A DNA stretch of 64,000 nucleotides from Catajapyx aquilonaris (lineage: Eukaryota). Position 1 is the stretch's first letter; each line of letters opens with the position of its first letter. The translations under genes were made by a program, and so were the position numbers. Below, in pieces: positions 11,601-26,200 of the stretch. The notes under the pieces are model-generated. The model was not told the origin of the DNA. It searched no databases and was given only the letters and a program-made list of their open reading frames with translations. The stretch covers positions 62,001-126,000 of the forward strand of contig JYFJ02000353.1 in the NCBI GenBank assembly GCA_000934665.2, in the 5' to 3' direction.

Positions 11601-14600
11601 AGAGACGTTTTGGAGCTATTTAGGTGGAGGGTGAAGTGCCTATCGTTCTTTGAATTATAGCCTGGGTTCCTATATATTCTTCGTTTTTAGTACACCGCAG
11701 ACCCCTTGGCTTGCACCTTAATTGGTGATTAGGGAGTGACACAATAAGGTCGGGATGGAGGACATGGATGTAGTAAAAAATTGAGAGGGGGAGGTGGGGT
11801 CAGAGGTCGTATGTCCACTTACTTGAGCAAAATTAGTTATTAGAGGGGATTATAAGGTCGTAATGCAGCTACGGGATCGAGTGATGAGCGAGGCTCGTAT
11901 ATGTCTGGTATGATGAGAAGTGGTGGTAATAGAGGATGTAATATGATGGTTCTATACTGCCACTGTTGTCTAGATGGAGAGAAAGCCGATATTAAAAGTT
12001 CAAGCCCCTTGGACAATAATTATCGAAAATGGCTATGTACAGTACGTAGGTAGTTGCTTACGTGTGTTGTATTATGTAGGCTTTAATTTGAACGAGCCCA
12101 CTTGAAGAAGAAAAAATAGTCCATAAAAGTATGAGTGTATCGACATCTGCATTGCGCTGTTACTTAGTACATTATAAGTAATTAACATTCATGCACATGT
12201 AATTGAGAATAGTGCAGACATGTGAATATTCCAACAGGAATGGAGCATTGCGCCGAATATCAGAATGCATTATACGTATGTATAGCGTGTATAGCCATAA
12301 ATGCTGCCGCACTTGGGAGAGGTTTGCAGTACAGAGATTCTAATGTAGAGTGACCCGGCCAATAATTGGAGGGCTATTCAGACTCATTAGTTTCAGGCCA
12401 TGAAGACAAATGTGGATTAGTTGAGGCATGCCCCCATAGAGGCTGGGTAATGGTCAGAGCCGTCTTTCGTGACCTCATCCTCGGAAATCCATGGCCACAA
12501 TGAGCTTGTGGCAAATTGTGGATTTGGTGGCAGGAAGGAATTTTAGGCTATATTTCCCGCTGCCTCCGCCGCCTTTATAGCCGGGCGTTGGGGGCTCTCG
12601 CTCTCTGTACAGTGCTGTAGCTGCAGTGGCCCTTGACGGCCTTTCAACAATTCGAGGCTCGGATTTTCAAGACCCGCCCATGTGTATGACCGCAAGCAAT
12701 TGGTTATGTCAGCTGCTGCTTTGCCGGCACCAGGTAGCCACCCACCCGAACAGTCTGATCGCTGGAAACGAGTCGGAATCAGCCGAACCCACAACAATTT
12801 TCCGGATAAAAAAAGGGTGTCAACGGGAGCTACTGTATTGGTGGCAACAGCTGTCCCTGTACTCTGTTAACATTATTATCGGAAAACTCGCTATACTTAA
12901 AACTAACACCCACTGAGTGCTTTTAATCAACTTTGCTCAATTTGATGCAGTAACGCAATGTTGTGCCCATTAGTCGGGAACTATTTTTTGCAGTACCAAA
13001 ATTATAGACTGGACAGCCCTCAGCCACAGACAAAATAATCAAAGATGTGTGATCTGTGTAAGCGAGTGATTGTTGCTTAAGAGTTACCACATTGTTGTCA
13101 AAAAGACATGACACCACACTTCTGACCTGCCGTGTGTTGCAGCATACTGTAACCGACTTCTGAATGAATGGCGTCGTACATCAGCTTACACTAGACTAGA
13201 GAAACTGTTGCTAAAACAATAGGTGGTGTATTTAGCTGCATGGTAATTGGACGCCTAATAGGCACGTAATAAAGCCGCAGTTGGCAGAAGTGTAGCCCCG
13301 TAATCCCTGGGGCTTGCCTGCAGTATTTTGTTGCTGTAGGATGCAGTTTTGTAAAAGCATTAATAATGAGATGGCATGTTCTTAAAGTCGCGTGCGAGTT
13401 AAATGAAATTATAACGCCAGTCACATTTTTCTAATGAATTTCGAATGAATTTTCTAATGTCATTTTTTGTGTTCGACTGTAACGTGTAATGATACGGAGT
13501 ACTGTACCCGGACTGTACCCTCAAGTGCCAAAAAAAAATGATGAAAACCCACTGTAGGATTACTGGCACCTAGTCCTCATTCCTGTATTGCTTAGTTGGA
13601 GTAACACCGCAAAATTGGTATTCCGGATTAATTTGTGGTGGTAGACCCGCGTCTGTGACAGGATCAGCCTTTAGACGGCTCAAACCTCGTTTTTGCATAA
13701 TCTCCTTGTGGGTTGTGTGTGCTTAAAACTTGATCTGCCGTTCATCCTAGCTCTGCAGGGCCACCCGCATCACACTCCCATCGTTGTCTAACTTGCAGGA
13801 TAAATGCGGAATGATGGTTCCGGCTGGCCAGACAAAACTCGCGCCTTGCTCGAGAAACTACTAGCAGATCTTAACAAGAAATACAGCTGCAGAAATATCA
13901 CTTGGTATGGTATAAAAATCTGACTGGTCCATCGTGATCGATATCCAGGCAGTTTTTCATTGCCCAGAAGATTTATCGTCGCATGAAAAAGAGCAGTCAC
14001 AATCGAAACGTTGTAAACATCTGGGAGGGCATTTAACACAAGCTGACATTTGGAGAGTAACACCAGTAGTATGATGCTTATATGCAATACCTTTTTTTCA
14101 AAATTTGGACATCATATACTGGTTAGCTGGTTAATAAATGTAAGGTGTACAATGTATTACATAGTGTATATTTAGGATTATGAGGGTTGTGGATTTGTCA
14201 TTTCCCGTATTTCAAACTGGCTCAGATGGACCAGTACAGTGCCACAAGTTGGATATAGACCTACTGTAGAGTGTGTACTCTACAGTGCTGTGCTTAGCCT
14301 GACGTCGGAAAGTCAAGAGGGGATAAGAGGGTCGGCCGGAGAGGAGTGGTTTCTTAGGAGAATTGCCCTGTCCCTAGAGATTGGCACGAATGATTTCACT
14401 CAAACTTACGAGTTAAGTCTTGAAGTTACAGTCACAACCCCCCGATTAAGTTACACCGTGTCTTTCAGACGACCGCTTGCAATTTAGGAGCATTTATAGC
14501 GTAGATTCCTTTCCCTTCACTAATTTGAATAGTTCTGCACTAGCTGGATGCCTAAGTGTACATCACTACCCCTTTGCCGTACAGACTTGATGAAAACTGG

Positions 14601-15584
14601 GTTGAACTTATCATTTACACTTTTATAGCTCCAATGAAGCTGTTCCTCTCAGCCCTGCTCCCTCAGGGATGTAAAAAAAAAAGGAGAGAACAGCACCTCT
14701 GTTCATGTCCCTTCAATTCGTGCCTTGGAGTCATCCCGAGCGACACGAACTAACGCCAATTGGTTAGCTCAGCTGCAGAATATCGAAGCAAAATGCAAAC
14801 TAGCTCCATCCTTTTACATTCTCTTGAACAAAGTTGGAGGTTCGAGAGTTTGGCAGACGTTTCCAAAGAAAAGAAGAAAAAAAGAGTGTGGGTATATATG
14901 TGGTGGTGGTGGGGGTGAGGTAGGAGTAGGAAGGGAAAATTGCTGCTGCCATCTCCCGTGGGCTCGGACAGAATGGGCTCTTGCCTAACGAGAAGTTGAA
15001 TAATAGATGGGGGTTGCGAGGCGAGGCGGCGGAAGATGAAAGGCCGCCATGTTGTCCCCTGAGGGAGTCAGCAGAGGGCATAGGAGGAAAAGCGATGTAT
15101 GCCCGCTTGCTATACCACCGGTACACTCACTTTCTGGCTCAAACCCGACATGCATTCAGCATACTACCACCTCGCTCTCTCTCTCTGTCCCCCAAAAAAT
15201 GGCCCTGTTGCCATGGGAATTCCTTTATCGGAAACTCTACAGGAGAAGAGAAGCGTCACGAGCAGTTTGGGTCAAAAACTGACGGAAAGTTCAAAAAAGC
15301 CACTTTTATGTGCGTCTTTGTGAGGATATATGCTTCACGGGCTACGACCCTTGGAGCGCTTTTCCACGCGGTCTGCAACTGACAGAAGCTATTAGCAAAA
15401 TTTTAAGCGACTAATTTACCTACGCCCTGTGCATGGTGGTCTCATGCTCATTTTGCGCTACATCGTTCGCGCAGTTTCCAATCGGATCCTGGAAAGTGCG
15501 TTTGTGCAATAACCATGAAGAGATTTTTATGATTGCGAAATTTTTCTGTGCTGTTGTGCAGGAGTGGAGCAATGAGTTCAATTA

Positions 15585-15616
15585 AAACAAACAAACAAAC
15601 AAACAAGCAAACAAAC
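15585..15616. repeat. (AAAC)n microsatellite
   Basis: About 8 units with one interruption. Confidence 0.9.
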
Positions 15617-17889
15617 CAGTCATGACGTGTCCATTCGACAGGACCAAAGTACAACATGAAAAGATTTTGCTGAATCCGGGGGTCCCTTATTGACAAGCCT
15701 CACTATAAATATCACTCCAGTAGCTATATACTCTCTGGCTAGACAGTATATACTATTTGAATGGCGTCGTCCTAACAAGCAGTTAGCCTAACTTTTTTGC
15801 GTGATCAATCCCATGTGCTTCCTGCCATTATTTACTTTTTCCTTAACGAGATCCGACACCATTACAGTGATGGACAGGAACCATTTCTGGGTCGTTTGCC
15901 TCTTCCATTTGCAACTCCCTCTGCGAATTTATCCACCAAAAATCGAGGATGGTACAGTCGCATACAGAGCTCCCTCGATGCAGATAATGACCTTTGGCTT
16001 AAATAGCACATTTCTTCGCGTACTTAATATCTGGGGTAATTATACGCAGTCAATTCAACGGTTCAGTTTGGACCACCTGCGTCCAAATTTACGCCATAGC
16101 AAGAAACACCTCGTCAGCAACTTAAATGTAAACTGAATTCCGCAGTCTTTCCTGGTGATTGGATCTTGATTCGAGCACGTTTACAGCGTTCAGCACATTT
16201 CAGTATTCTTCCCTGCTCACATTGTTACTATATCCGAAGGTGAGAACATTGCAGAAAATCAGTTTATATGTGAAACCACTACAAATGACACACTCACAAT
16301 ATTGTAAGAGTACATACAGTAACTTTTGGCCATCAATTTACTATTTAAATGAAAAGTAGGCAAATGGAGGCATCTGAAGAGGTTTGAAAGCTTCCCAGGG
16401 AGGGACAAAAAAAACCGCAGTTTTCAAATCATTTCGAACTATTCCGAATCAATAAAATTAGTAAACTAGTCCATGTTTTACTTCGTGCCCCAGCAAGGCC
16501 AAATATAAATTTAAATGGTACGACATCACACCTGATCACACTCAGTATGCAATATCGGTTTTAATGTTTGTCAGTTAAAACCGGATCGCCCTAGATTCCT
16601 CTACCCTATATTTACGCCCCACCCTGTAGGCTACATCCCCTCCCGGGCTATTAAATTCACTGCTTAATCCAGCGTCGATGCAGGTTATAGCAAAATATCA
16701 ATACTGTACCCTACCCCCACCCTGTCTCGTGCAGATATTTTATACTTGATCACCGCTCTGCCTGCACGAGTTTGCGCACTTATCACCCTCCAACAAGAAG
16801 CGCTTCAAAAAAAATAAAATAAAAAAAATACAGAGAACGCGAAGAGAATGTAAAGCACTAGGAGGACCTTCCATGGTTTTCATGGTGCTTGATCCTGTGT
16901 GCTGGCTGAAGGATTACCGAGGCAACAGGGGGAATCAATCCTCCCTGGTGAATCCAACGAAAAAGCTAGCCCTCCCAGTTTCGGAAGCAAACAGAGTTTA
17001 GGAGAGACGGAGAGCCTGGGTGTGTATAGAGACGAGAAAAAGCGTCCAATCAGCACCCTTGTTGACTCGCACTACCTCAGTCTTTTTCTGCAGGCAACAC
17101 TGAAAGCAATCAGTGAAAAAGAGGTTCCTTTGAGAGAAAAGAGGGTCTTCCTGCTTCTAAAACCTTTGCACCCTTCATCAGCGGTTTTGCAATCAAGATG
17201 TTTAAAAAAAAAAAGGTGCGGCAAATACATGAACAAGTGATGCGGAGGAAACTGCGCTGGTTGAGTATGCCGGATCGATTCGGAAAATCCGGGCACAAGA
17301 GGAAGACCGGCCCCTGGTTTTTGGGAAAGGGCAAGGTTCGCGACCTCCGCCCGGATGCAACCTCACTTCTCGCCCGATTATACGTGTATGGTCCAAACAC
17401 TGCTGGGGCCAAGTCCATACACTAGAGTGGCTTGCACGCACAAGTAATTAATCCCCCAAGCGAGTTCCATTGAGGTTGGACCTTCAGCCACGTGTTCAGC
17501 CAGATGTGTTGGAGACCAGTTTAATCATGGCTTAATCATTCACACTCGCTATAAATGCCATGGTTCGCGTGTGTCTTGCGAGACCTGCAGTATGTGCGTA
17601 CAGTTAATTGTGGCATATGTGCGTCTGGGCCCGTTTCCATGGCAGCTAACTTCGATTGTGCGTGGTGAAGACGCAGTGTGTTGCAAAAGTTGGGAAAATG
17701 TTACAGGGAGGCAAAGAATAAATTAAAAGAAGGGTGTGAATGGGTGATTCAGGGCCTCGATTCAATCTAATATTTGCTTATAATGTTTTGATAGCCTCTG
17801 AAAGTAGCTGCTTAAAATAGCAAGCTATGCAGTTCTTTTAATTGATAGTTATTAATATTTTATTGTTGCTTTACAAAACTCAGTACGTT

Positions 17890-18230
17890 TAGAGAGATTC
17901 GAGTAAGAGAGTCGGCAACTTTCGACGTCACGTCGTCTCAGATTGGCTGGAGTAATTATGGACTGTTTGCTGTTACAATGGAGGCCGCCATCTTGCGTTG
18001 CTATGGAAATAGTGGCCGGCTCTGACGTCACGGTCGACTTCGATTGGCCTTCTGGCTGCATCCAATCGGCGTCGACCGTGACGTCAGAGCCGGCACTATT
18101 TCCATAGCAACGCAAGATGGCGGCCTCCATCGGAACAGCAAACAGTCCATACTGTAATTACTCCAGCCAATCAGCGACGACGTGACGTCACAAGTTGGTT
18201 ACTCTCTTCCTATTATATAGAGCCTCTCTA
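17890..18230. mobile_element. Foldback/MITE-like non-autonomous DNA element (long inverted repeat)
   Basis: The two arms (about 17890-18047 and about 18062-18230) are near reverse complements, e.g. ATGGAGGCCGCCATCTTGCGTTGCTATGGAAATAGTG versus CACTATTTCCATAGCAACGCAAGATGGCGGCCTCCAT. Termini are TAGAGAG...CTCTCTA. Flanks CGTT/CGTG could be a degraded target-site duplication. No coding capacity. Confidence 0.75.
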
Positions 18231-21200
18231 CGTGTGTTACATTATTTTCTGCAGGATATGCAAAAAAGTTTTTTTTGTGTGCCAATTCTCCTCGGGATAT
18301 TTGGAATTGATTTTGAGATGCCATCATTTTCTTGATCCTGTCCCGGATATAAAGTTCCATGGAGATGCCCATATATGAGCCTACAGGTTGTCATTTTGTT
18401 GGCGTAATGCACTTTCCGAAGTGTTGTCCTAAAACCGGAATGTAGGAAAATAAAATTAGCAAGCCAGGCTTGGGGAAACATATAAGAAGGGCACTGGGCT
18501 CTTTTTCCCCGCATTTTCAGGATTAAAATGTGCTGAGGGTGTGAGTAAATTGCATCGTAAGAGGTCAGAGAATGGGGAAGAAACTTTTTTCGAGTTTGAA
18601 TTTTTTGTGATAAATAAAAAAAATCCGAGTCCTCTTTTTTTTCTGGATTCGATGGTAGCTTCCGGCAGTCTCAACTCGGCTCAAAATTTCTGAATTGCAA
18701 ATTTTCGTCTCTGGAAGGTTGCGTATAGTGGAGAGAAGGGAGTTTGGGTAGTGGTAATGGCCAAAGTTAGCAGCTACCCCGGGAGACTATAAGCGGAAGT
18801 GACGTCGTTTTTCAATGGCCGCCCTTCCGCTCGGCAGATCACCGACTCTGACAGTTGCAATGCTCAAAACACGGCTTCTTTCACCAGTTATCCAGCCGAA
18901 TACTTCTCAAAAAATGGAGCCAACTTTGGAAAGTCACTGTTGGTTCAGAACTTGTGAATTCGTGAAATACAAGGTGGTCCAACAGCCAAATAACCGAAAG
19001 AAAAAAATATGCACTTGTCGAAGGGATAACTAAGTAAATAAATAAAATTAAATAATATTCACACCCTCGCCTCTTCTTGAAATGGGGACTTGAGAAGTGA
19101 ATGAACTGCAGAAATTTACAGCTCATAATAGAAATTCATCAAGCAAGAACCGAAGTTTCCGCGCATTGTAATTCTCTCGTTAACTATTGCACAGCAAAAA
19201 CAATTGTTGCCATAATTTTGCACGGACGAAAATTACAGCTCGAAAAACATTTTTGTCGAGCCGCCAAAAAGAAAATCCCCCTTTTCCGGGCCAAATGAAT
19301 AGAGGGGGGAAAAATGAGCGGCCCTCTGAAAAGGTTGGTGCGTGTAAAAATGAATTTGCGGGAAGGAATGAGACATTGATTCCATTAATGGGCAGGAAGC
19401 ATGTGGAAACTTCCACTCTGCCTCATTCGCCCTTTTCAAGCCAGATCCTAGTTTTGTCAGGTAATGACCTCAATAATTATGGAAACACCTCAGAAAAAAA
19501 GGGGACACCCAAATACTCTGGACATGAAACGAAGCTATTAATTTTTGATGAAACAGTCTAGCCTCAAAACATGTTCTGTTTTAATTTATGTTTATTAATA
19601 ATGCATTTAATTTCTGGAATATTTTGTCCCCCAATACATGCAGACATATTCAGGTGAATGCAGCGCATTTTATTTAATTATTCGCACAGTTGCTCCAAAA
19701 TTGCGAGGCAGGCTTCATGAGGCGTGTATTTAGAGTGCGGACAGCAATTAGGGGACGAGCAGGTGTCGTAATGATGTAGCTTGGGCTAGATTTGAGGCAT
19801 GAGAGAGCTGGAGGAAAAGGCGGTGAAAGTGAGTGGCAGGAAGAGGAAGAACGGGAGGAAAGGGCCCTAATCGCTTCCGAGAGCAGACTCTCCGAGTTGG
19901 TCTGAATCCTCCGTTGCCAGGCCTCCTTTCGCTCAATACCTACCAGACAAGAGAGACCTGTCTCCTCATCCGCCCCTTTACTTGCTGACACTTGGACACA
20001 GCCCTAAGCAGATGGAGCCGTGCACTTTCACACTTAACGTGACTGATCAGATTTGCAGACGATGTTGCAGGAGTCGGTGCTGATCTGCTGAATCCTGTTT
20101 GTGTATAGCAGCATTGGATGAATAGACGTATACACTGTACGACCTGTTCTGAAGGGAATTTATGTAAATAGATTGGTACTGTATGTCCCATAAATGATCA
20201 GGAAAAGCTGTTTTTATTTAGCCAAATTTGTCTTATTTATAGTTTTACCAACCAATGTGTTCGTCGCGTTTCTCATAGAGATTCTCTTGGGAACTTTTTA
20301 GGGACGAGAAAATTTATTCGGAAAGCTGGGCATGGCATACAATGGCTTCACTTTGAAGTCTACGCGGTTGAGTTGTTGTACGGGCTTTTGTATCGCGGTG
20401 GGAAATGAAAAATTAAAGCCCTTTGCGCGACGCACCTTATTCAGAAGTTCTGTGCAAGTTATTTATAGTTATTTGATCCGGCCTCTCTGTGCCTAATAGT
20501 TCACAAAAGAGCCACATTAGCGCAGTGAAGCAAATGTAGCGCTTACTAGCCAAACTGGGAGTACTCGAATTAAATGATATGTAGCCTATAACAAGTTCCG
20601 CAGTCCAAGGTAAACTTGTTGTTTGGTCCTTTCATGCTTATGTCAAGTATTTTTAAACATTACGCACCTTCATTGTTTTACCCCGATGGTCATACTTGTG
20701 TAAACATTTAATTCAATAATGATTTAGGGAATTCTGCACACTTCCAAGTTATTTGTACAGCAATACAACATGCCAGTTGAAAAGGTTCCTTAGGGCTTTC
20801 TCTACACATTGGAAGGGTTTTCTCTGTATAGGTCACATTGAGGGAGAAATCTCCCTTGGGAAATAAGCATAATTTACGACCCTGTGCACTGGGATGGCTG
20901 AGTGTGTCAGGTTTTGGGCTTAAGCGAATTACTCGGTGCATTATTAATACACGGTACACACCCTGCTATGCAAAACTCGTGCTCCAAGAAGAAGATTGTT
21001 AGCCGTTTTCCTGCTGCACCAGAATCTTGGCCCCGGTTCTTATTGGCTGAATCTCCGTGTAAAAACGCGATTTCAATCTCGGCGAAAGAGAGGATTTGCC
21101 GAGTTCAAATCGGATCTACCACGGCACGTTGAGTCACAGGACTTTTCAAAAGTCTTGAGATGGAATTTGTAAAGATGGGGGAGAGGGAGAGAGAAGATTG

Positions 21201-23222
21201 TTGAGATGCTCTGAGATGGGATGGAAGAGAATGCTGCTGATGCTGGGGAGGGTTGATTATTGGAGGTGGTGTTATCGAGGTAGAGGAACGGTGGGGGCAA
21301 ATGAGCTACCCCCCCTAGTAACGAACTGAGGACTGTGCAAACAGTTAAGCAATCAGCTAACAGACTGAGCAAATAACCAAACTGACTCGCTGCACCTCAC
21401 TAATTAAAAGCAGCAGGCGATAGCTCCTACTTACCTCAGTCTAGCTAGTGTTTCATCCACAATTTCTTTTGTGAGGGATAATAGGATTTGCTATTTTGTC
21501 TGACAGAATTTTTGAAATTTGCGCCAGGATGATATGGATAGTAACAGATCTTTAGGCTCTCAGCTCTCAGCAGAGAGCACTCTGGTGGAAATGATATATA
21601 TAAAAAAGGTTGCAATTTGCAGTGGGGCTCGCCCTAAAAGCCTCTCCGTAATGAAGCCCATGTTGGGATCGAGGGATGTGCTATAGGATTAAGCTACAGT
21701 GCATATTGTATCCACCTACACTCACAGAGATTCGAGATCAAAGGTTTCGCCAGTAAAAGATACCTTACCCGCACCTTCCTATGGAATAAGCTGACTTGAG
21801 TGAAAAAGTTGTCACATTTTTTCTTCAAAAAGTATGCATCGCTATATACTGCATTATATAAATAGCAGGTAATGGGGTTGAGTGGTGGTTATAAGGGCTA
21901 AAGTTGGGTGCTTGTGGGCCTTGATATGAATCGAGGATGTGGCCAGGCAGGCATCGCCACGTGCCCCTCAACACCTCACTAACTTAATTTACACATTTTG
22001 CCTTTGTGGTGGATCCTGTTATAGACCTGGGTCCAGCCAAGCCCGGCCACTTGAGATCCGTTTGTTTAATGCGGCTTCACCATGCCCACTTCCACTAGAA
22101 TGTTCGCCCATCGTCCTTTCCCTCGATATAAAGCTACTCTTCAAACTTACTTTTTCAAAAAAGGAGGCTGCACTTTTTAAATTTGTTTCGCCGGCGTCTT
22201 TGCGGCACACCCTGAACAACCGTCGTGTTTAAGCCCTTATATTTTAATGAGCTATCTGGATGTAGCCCTTGGATAAAGTGATGTCTGCATTATGAATGGC
22301 TGTACACAGGGACTAGTGCTTTTAATTATCTGCATGAAAGGCACTATCCAATCGCGCACGGCTTCCCAGTTGAGCTAATAAGCGGATCATTGAGTGAACA
22401 CGCAGGGCAAATTATGTTGGGTCTACCTACAGACTACTTTTCATTGTGATAATAGACTGGGAGGACTCATTACTTATGAGGTTTAAGTCGCATAGTGTGC
22501 ACAATTTATGATTGTTTTACTAATTTTTCACATGCTATTTGCGAAATTTTGCGAGCATCTTTCTGACCTGCATTTACCCTATATGAACGGTCCAGCAGCC
22601 GCCTAGGTTCATCTAAGCCCCCCATGCATTTGTAATGTGCTCCGCTAACGAGTAAGTCTCCATATTGATCAGCCTTTGACCGTAACTAATTCCCAACTAC
22701 TCCCCGTGAAATATCCGACCATAAACTCCCAAAAAAAAATCTGCTGGAAGAAGATCAGGCAAATTAGGTGGAGTGCCAACTGGTGTGGTCTCGACAGTCC
22801 AATAATCAAAGGAAGCTATTCGCCCAGTTCGTATGTGCACGAATTTTTAGCCATAGAAAGATCTGGGTGCTAATTGCATTTTGACACCTGTACTTTCAGA
22901 CTGGACCATAATTATTAGATTATGTGGGGGTATATAGGAAGGTTCCTTTTTCCAGGATCTGGCTGGGGTTGGCTTTGCTGGGGGTGGGGGATGCAGCTAG
23001 CTCTAGCTAGCATCGGGGGCGAGCTCTGTCGGCGGGCTGGGAGAGAGTTGATCAGTCGGGTGCAGGCGCCCAGCCGAGGTGGGCGGCCGGGCCTGGGCGG
23101 GAAAACCTAAGAAAAAAAATAGAAACAAATATTTTGGAAGGGGGGTGACACCGGTTGGTGGGGGCAACCTGTGTGTGTGCAAGACGGCCTGCTTACAGGG
23201 GGAAACGGATCTGGTTAGAGTC

Positions 23223-23253
23223 GTGTGGTGTGTGTGTGTGTGGTGTGTGTGTG
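23223..23253. repeat. Interrupted (GT)n microsatellite
   Basis: Direct reading of the sequence. Confidence 0.8.
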
Positions 23254-26200
23254 CCGGATATGCGTAAAATAATGTGTACAAAAACAGTGACGTCAGAAAA
23301 CGTCACTGATGTCGAATGGGGTTGGGTCGATTTTGCTGCCTCCCACTGGAGCAAAAGCGCTACCGGATTTTTTTTAGTGTGTTCCGACTGTTCTGCAGCC
23401 CTGGCTGAACTATGGGAGTGACCTAGTTTCTTTGTGTAACGGAGCTAGATCGGGTGATAGCCTATGATGGGAGGGGGTAAAAAGAGAGACATTTTCGGAG
23501 ACGATTGTCAGTCACAGTTGGGGCTCGAAGACAGCTACCGATGTCGGGGATTTGTGGGGTGAAATGGCAAAAAATTGGGGTTCGCATGTTGTGGTTGGGA
23601 TGATCAATGGAAACATGTTTGCAGTGATGTTGTGAACATTGGTAGCAAATTAGGGAGCTAATAGGTTTAAACTAGTGAAATTCAACATAAATTGGGCATA
23701 ACTTTATAAAATATTGGTCAGACTTTTGGTGACTTTAATTGAGAAAATTTGGGTCGTACTTGGCACCTGTCACAAAGCTGTTGCAGTGAATCCGTATTTG
23801 GGAAATATTTTACATTGCAGTAACTTACAGAATGAAATCGATGTTCTGCGGAGGTGGGAAGAGGGTAACTTAATATTCCAATTTATGTGATTGCCTAATA
23901 AAGCATAAATGTTATGTTGGTGTCCATCCGATCAACTGCGGCGTAATTATCATTAGCACCGGTGCCTGGTCCAGTTCGGGTGTCATCAACTCCCAATGTT
24001 TGCGAATCGAATTTACATCGGGTCATCGCGTTTATTTGGTTTTTCAACTCACCCTCGAAGTTGAGATGAAGACCCAATGGCATGTGATTGCATTGAGACT
24101 GGATTGCTCGGAATGCAAACAGCTGGCAAGGACACCCCAATCTTGCGCTTAAATCGGGTGTGATTGGTTCCGGCATTTCATCATGTCACATTGGCCAGAT
24201 TTCATGTAACACCTGACAAAGTACTTCCGCGTGACTGAAAAAAAAAGCGAAGATTGCATCGGGAGGTTCGGAAAAAAAAGTGCAAAGTGTGCGATTGGAG
24301 CTCGTGTTTGGCGTGTAATTACCTGCCAGTAGTAGAACCGGATTTATGGCGTTGGGTTACTCTGGATGACGTGGTTCGGAAGTAATATTTACTGGCCGAT
24401 TAGGGTGTTTTCCGCACGCAAGTGAGCAACTTCCCTCCACTTCCAGAAAACTGCAAAGGGCTGTATCCAGATGGCTTATCACGGGCTGAGTCACGATAAT
24501 AGCAGGGGGCTCTTCGCGATCTGGAGATTTGTCAGAGGGGGATTCGCCCTAGAGTGTTCAGGAATCGACCACATGGGGGGTAGGGAGTAGGAGGGGGAAA
24601 GGGGAGGGAGGGTTGACCAAGGATTTATCGCCCTCTGTACTTGCTTGTTTGTTTTGCCAATTGGAGGGAGGGGTGATTCGCGCTTTTTTTTCCTATCCAA
24701 TCGGGTGTGCGATTCAATTTGTTGGGGGAAGGAAATGTTGCAAGTGTCAGGTTCAATTGTTGTCAACAGCCCTTTGTAGGTGTCATTAATTTTCTAAGGT
24801 TCATTTCTTGCTGTAACAGTTTCGAGGATGCTGCGACCTTTGTTCTGCTGTCGCAAGACTATTCCGGACTAAAATAATGCATTTTGTCACCAGCTGGTGC
24901 AACAGAAAGCAAGGTGTTCACCTCTCAACAATATATTGAAAATGTCCCAAAAGTAGGGCTATATATTTAAAGAAAATATCGCAAAATGATATTTTCAACA
25001 ATAATGTGCTGATGATTTGACCCAAAAGCGATGTAATTCTGAATTATCTGGAAATAGTCAAATCCTTCAATTGTATAGCGAATGAATTGAAGTTGGGTGA
25101 GGCTTATACGTTGCGTAGGCGGGGTCTGTGCACTGTAGGCAGTAATTTGTAATTATGGACATACGCCACTTTGTAGCGACGGCCAGCTAGTAGTGAATGA
25201 AATGTTGTGCTTTTAAAGAAATCAAAGGGTACTGTAATTACGAGCTTATTAAGGCTAATGGGATAGTAAAATTTCGATTGGCGTGTGGACCAGCAATTAG
25301 CCGGTTAGGATCACGAGATTTGTTGGACCAGCAATGGTTAACGAGATTCTAGCTAGTAAATAAGGCCGGCTAAGTAGTAAATAGGCGAGCATCAACTGCG
25401 GAAACTTGTCAGTTTTCTTCCTTTCTCCGAGATTTTTTTGGATTTTTCTCTCTTTCTGTAGACGACACTTTTTGTCGCTTGGTTTCCTTTCCGCCTGAGG
25501 CGTTTCTTTCGTTTACGGAGCTTTCAAGTCCGCCGCGAAAAGAGCAACGGACGTTAATTTTTTTTTTCTCCTCCTTTTCCTGTGCATTGGTTGGGAATAT
25601 TTTCTCTCTCTTTTTTTTAAAAAAAACTTATGTTTATTCGATCTATCCAATTCGCCTGCTTCCTGATTTTGGTGCATGTCCTCTTAGGAGTTCTTGCCAG
25701 TCATTGTTGCCTTTCTGTCCCCCAAAAATCCCGAAAGACTTAAAAGGCGCAGTACTGCTGCACTATCTCTTAGCACATTGTAAAACATCGTTGTAGGCAG
25801 CAGGGTCCCAGCAGAAACCTGGACAATAGCAGCTGTCACGCAGTCGCGAAAGCATTGTGCGCTGTTTGAAGCGGATTTGAACCTTTCAAGTCCACAGCTT
25901 GGAGGCAAATGCATTATTAAGGGACACCCCCCCCTTTCCACATGGGAAGTTTCTGGTTGACTTAAAACAGCATGCTGCATCGCCAACAGCTCAGGCAAAT
26001 GTTGCACCAGCTTTTATGGCCGAATATGCAATCCCTCGAGCCTGCGTCATCAGCTCAGGCAACCCTACCCAGAACTATTAACCTAATACAGTAAAAATTT
26101 TATTCAGTTATAAATTTTACTCGTGGTCATGTAATTGGACAAATGGAACACCTTACCGGTATACTCACAATGCCGAGTGTGTGGGCAGGAAAATTTTCGC

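Noticed and set aside
17852..18130. 92-aa ORF with internal pseudo-repeats
   Set aside because: An artefact of translating the palindromic foldback element.
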